In this document: positions 48,999 to 50,843 of the stretch, one piece after another | Layout: the number at the start of each line of letters is the position of its first letter | Position numbering within the stretch: position 1 is the first letter of the stretch | NCBI RefSeq assembly: GCF_004010195.1 | Contig: NC_057718.1 | Span: forward strand, 90,231,274-90,282,116 | DNA: 50,843 nt | Reading direction: 5' to 3' | DNA from: Chiloscyllium plagiosum | Lineage: Eukaryota | Translations under genes and position numbers: made by a program | The notes under the pieces: model-generated | Told to the model about the DNA's origin: nothing | Database searches by the model: none | The model's input: the letters and a program-made list of their open reading frames with translations, nothing else

Positions 48999-49699
48999 TT
49001 CATGTCAGTTGCCAAACTGCCCATTTGGCAGCCAGAGGCTTGCATTCCAGAAACAGCGTGGCACCATCAGCTGTTGGTGGTTGGCCCAGAGCCTTTGATA
49101 GACCTGCCTGCTCCTCCTGGGTCCACCTGTGCATTTATATGAAGTCATTAATGGCTGGCACCACACAGTGCCTGGGCCTGAGTAAGGTGCCACCTCTGTG
49201 GCACTCTTCCAAGCCCAGGGGACACTTCTTACCCCACCAGCTGTGAAGATATAGCAGTGACGCACTCACCAGAAGGTGAACCCTCCCCCCCCCCCCCCCC
49301 CCGGATTCTACTGTACAGAGAATACCCACCGTGGTTTTGGTATCTGAGCTGGTGGAGGGTGCAGGAGGCAGTCTTGCCCCTCCATCCATTGAAGGCCCTC
49401 AGAGGTGGAGAAATAGACGGGGTCATGTGCGGCTGCTTTCTCCAAAGTGGAGATGGTGCAGACGCCAATGGTCCCTGCTGGAGACGAGAAAGACGGTGAG
49501 CTATGAATTAGAGGCAGACACTTGGGCATGTGATGGTTACACTCACTGTGCCAGGAATGGGAGTGCAGGGCAGGACCTGACAACAAATTTTATTTGGTTG
49601 CCATGATATGGAGGTCTCAGCATCATCACATGAGCAATCAGAGCCCCCACCTGCTTAGCCAATGATTCTCTTCACACAGGGGATGGATATTGGGCACCC

Positions 49700-49870
49700 A
49701 AGACTATAAGACATAGGAGCAGAAATTAGGCCATTCAGCCCATCGAGCCTGCTCCACCATTCAATCAAGGCTAATAAGTTTCTCAAGCCCATTCTCCTGC
49801 TTACTCCCCGTAACCCTTGATCCCCTTAACAATCAAGGAGCTATCTATCTCCATCTTAAATATACCCAAC
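49700..49870 (-). mobile_element. CR1 3' UTR fragment
   Basis: taagacataggagcagaaattaggccattcagcccatcgag. Confidence 0.8.
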
Positions 49871-50267
49871 CTCCCGGTGCAGCTGTCCCTGCCCTGCTGT
49901 GGAGATTATCTCCTGGGATGAGGGATTGAATGAGATGAAAAAGACTGGTTCAACTGCTAGAGGTAGGGGAAAGGGGGTGAGGTGTCCTAAGCGAGTGAAT
50001 AGACAGTGCAAAGGGCCATGCAGGGTTAGCAATATGTGGGAAGTGATGGTGGGTAAGATTGAGTGAGGTAAGACGCAACAGCGAGAGGTGTAGAGTTGGA
50101 AATTTGATGGTAGTGTATGTCGTGGTGGATATTTCTGACTTCAGGCTCCTCAATTCGTGGGACGGCCCAGTACTGAAAGGTGTCTAATCCAGTTGGACTT
50201 CCATTGGTTCTTCAACCTGCAGTGTTATGTATCACTGTCAGAATATGAATATACCATATATACTCAG

Positions 50268-50398
50268 GATTTGGAGGTGCCAGTGTTGGACTGGGGGGGA
50301 CAAAGTTAAAATTAACACTAAACCAGGTTATCGTACAACAGGTTTACTTGGAGGCACTAGCTTTTGGAGCGCTGCGCCTTCATGACGACCACCTGATA
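50268..50398 (-). mobile_element. Penelope-like mini-insertion, same family as 45681
   Basis: ttggaggtgccagtgttggactgg...cactagcttttggagcgctgcgccttcat. Confidence 0.75.
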
Positions 50399-50559
50399 AT
50401 GTATTGTTCCAAAATCTCCAAAAGAAAGAATCATTAAATAATTTTTACAATACTCCGGCTAGGCCTCAACTGGGGTGTTAACCCCAACTTCATTGACACT
50501 TTTGGCTGGAGAGGAGATTTGTGAGAATGGTATCAGGCACATAATGCTTTGACGTTTGT

Positions 50560-50732
50560 GCCACATATAGACAGGGTGTTTGAAAAGGCGCTGAGCACAC
50601 TTGCCTTCACTGCTCAGTCCTTTGCGTATAGGAGTTGGTAAGTCATGTTGAGGTTGTACAGGACATTAGTGAGGCCCCTTCTGGAATACTGTGTCCAGTT
50701 CTGATCGCCCTGTTATAGGAAGGATATTATTA
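50560..50732 (+). mobile_element. CR1 ORF2 fragment
   Basis: MLRLYRTLVRPLLEYCVQF. Confidence 0.8.
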
Positions 50733-50843
50733 AGATTAGATTCCCTACAGTGTGGAAACAGGCCCTTCAGCCTAACAAGTCCACACCGACCCTCCAAAGA
50801 GCAATCCACCAAGACCCATTCCCCTCTGACTAATGCACCTAAC
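50733..50843 (-). mobile_element. HE1 SINE 3' tail (runs off the window)
   Basis: agattagattccctacagtgtggaaacaggcccttcagcc. Confidence 0.85.

Noticed and set aside
48674..49246. 190-aa ORF as a gene
   Set aside because: Reads through the 48873 PLE insertion and has no recognisable domain
47990..50230. Possible Harbinger-associated Myb/SANT gene remnant in GC-richer sequence
   Set aside because: Only a compositional impression; no motif could be read

Overview
Repeat-dense vertebrate genomic DNA, most likely from a shark (inferred from many HE1-type V-SINEs and CR1 LINEs). No confidently recognisable host gene is present. Contents: many CR1 fragments, two near-full-length but disrupted L1 elements with TSDs (25403-31704 minus, 39293-44507 plus), two tRNA-derived SINE families, Gypsy-type solo LTRs plus a gag/protease fragment, a decayed PIF/Harbinger transposase and a ~3.2 kb G-rich 28-31 bp minisatellite. 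The most interesting system is a set of about 11 short Penelope-like (PLE) insertions from several families. Most are 100-230 bp, often palindromic, flanked by 7-15 bp TSDs, and carry minimal hammerhead ribozyme cores (CUGAnGA-a-stem II-GAAACGUC). Their 5' truncation or inversion points cluster at the 5' edge of the ribozyme core. One copy has a compensatory U3-A8 core, and one sits beside its own empty site. All calls were made by eye: boundaries are approximate unless TSDs are quoted, and ribozyme activity is inferred, not shown.
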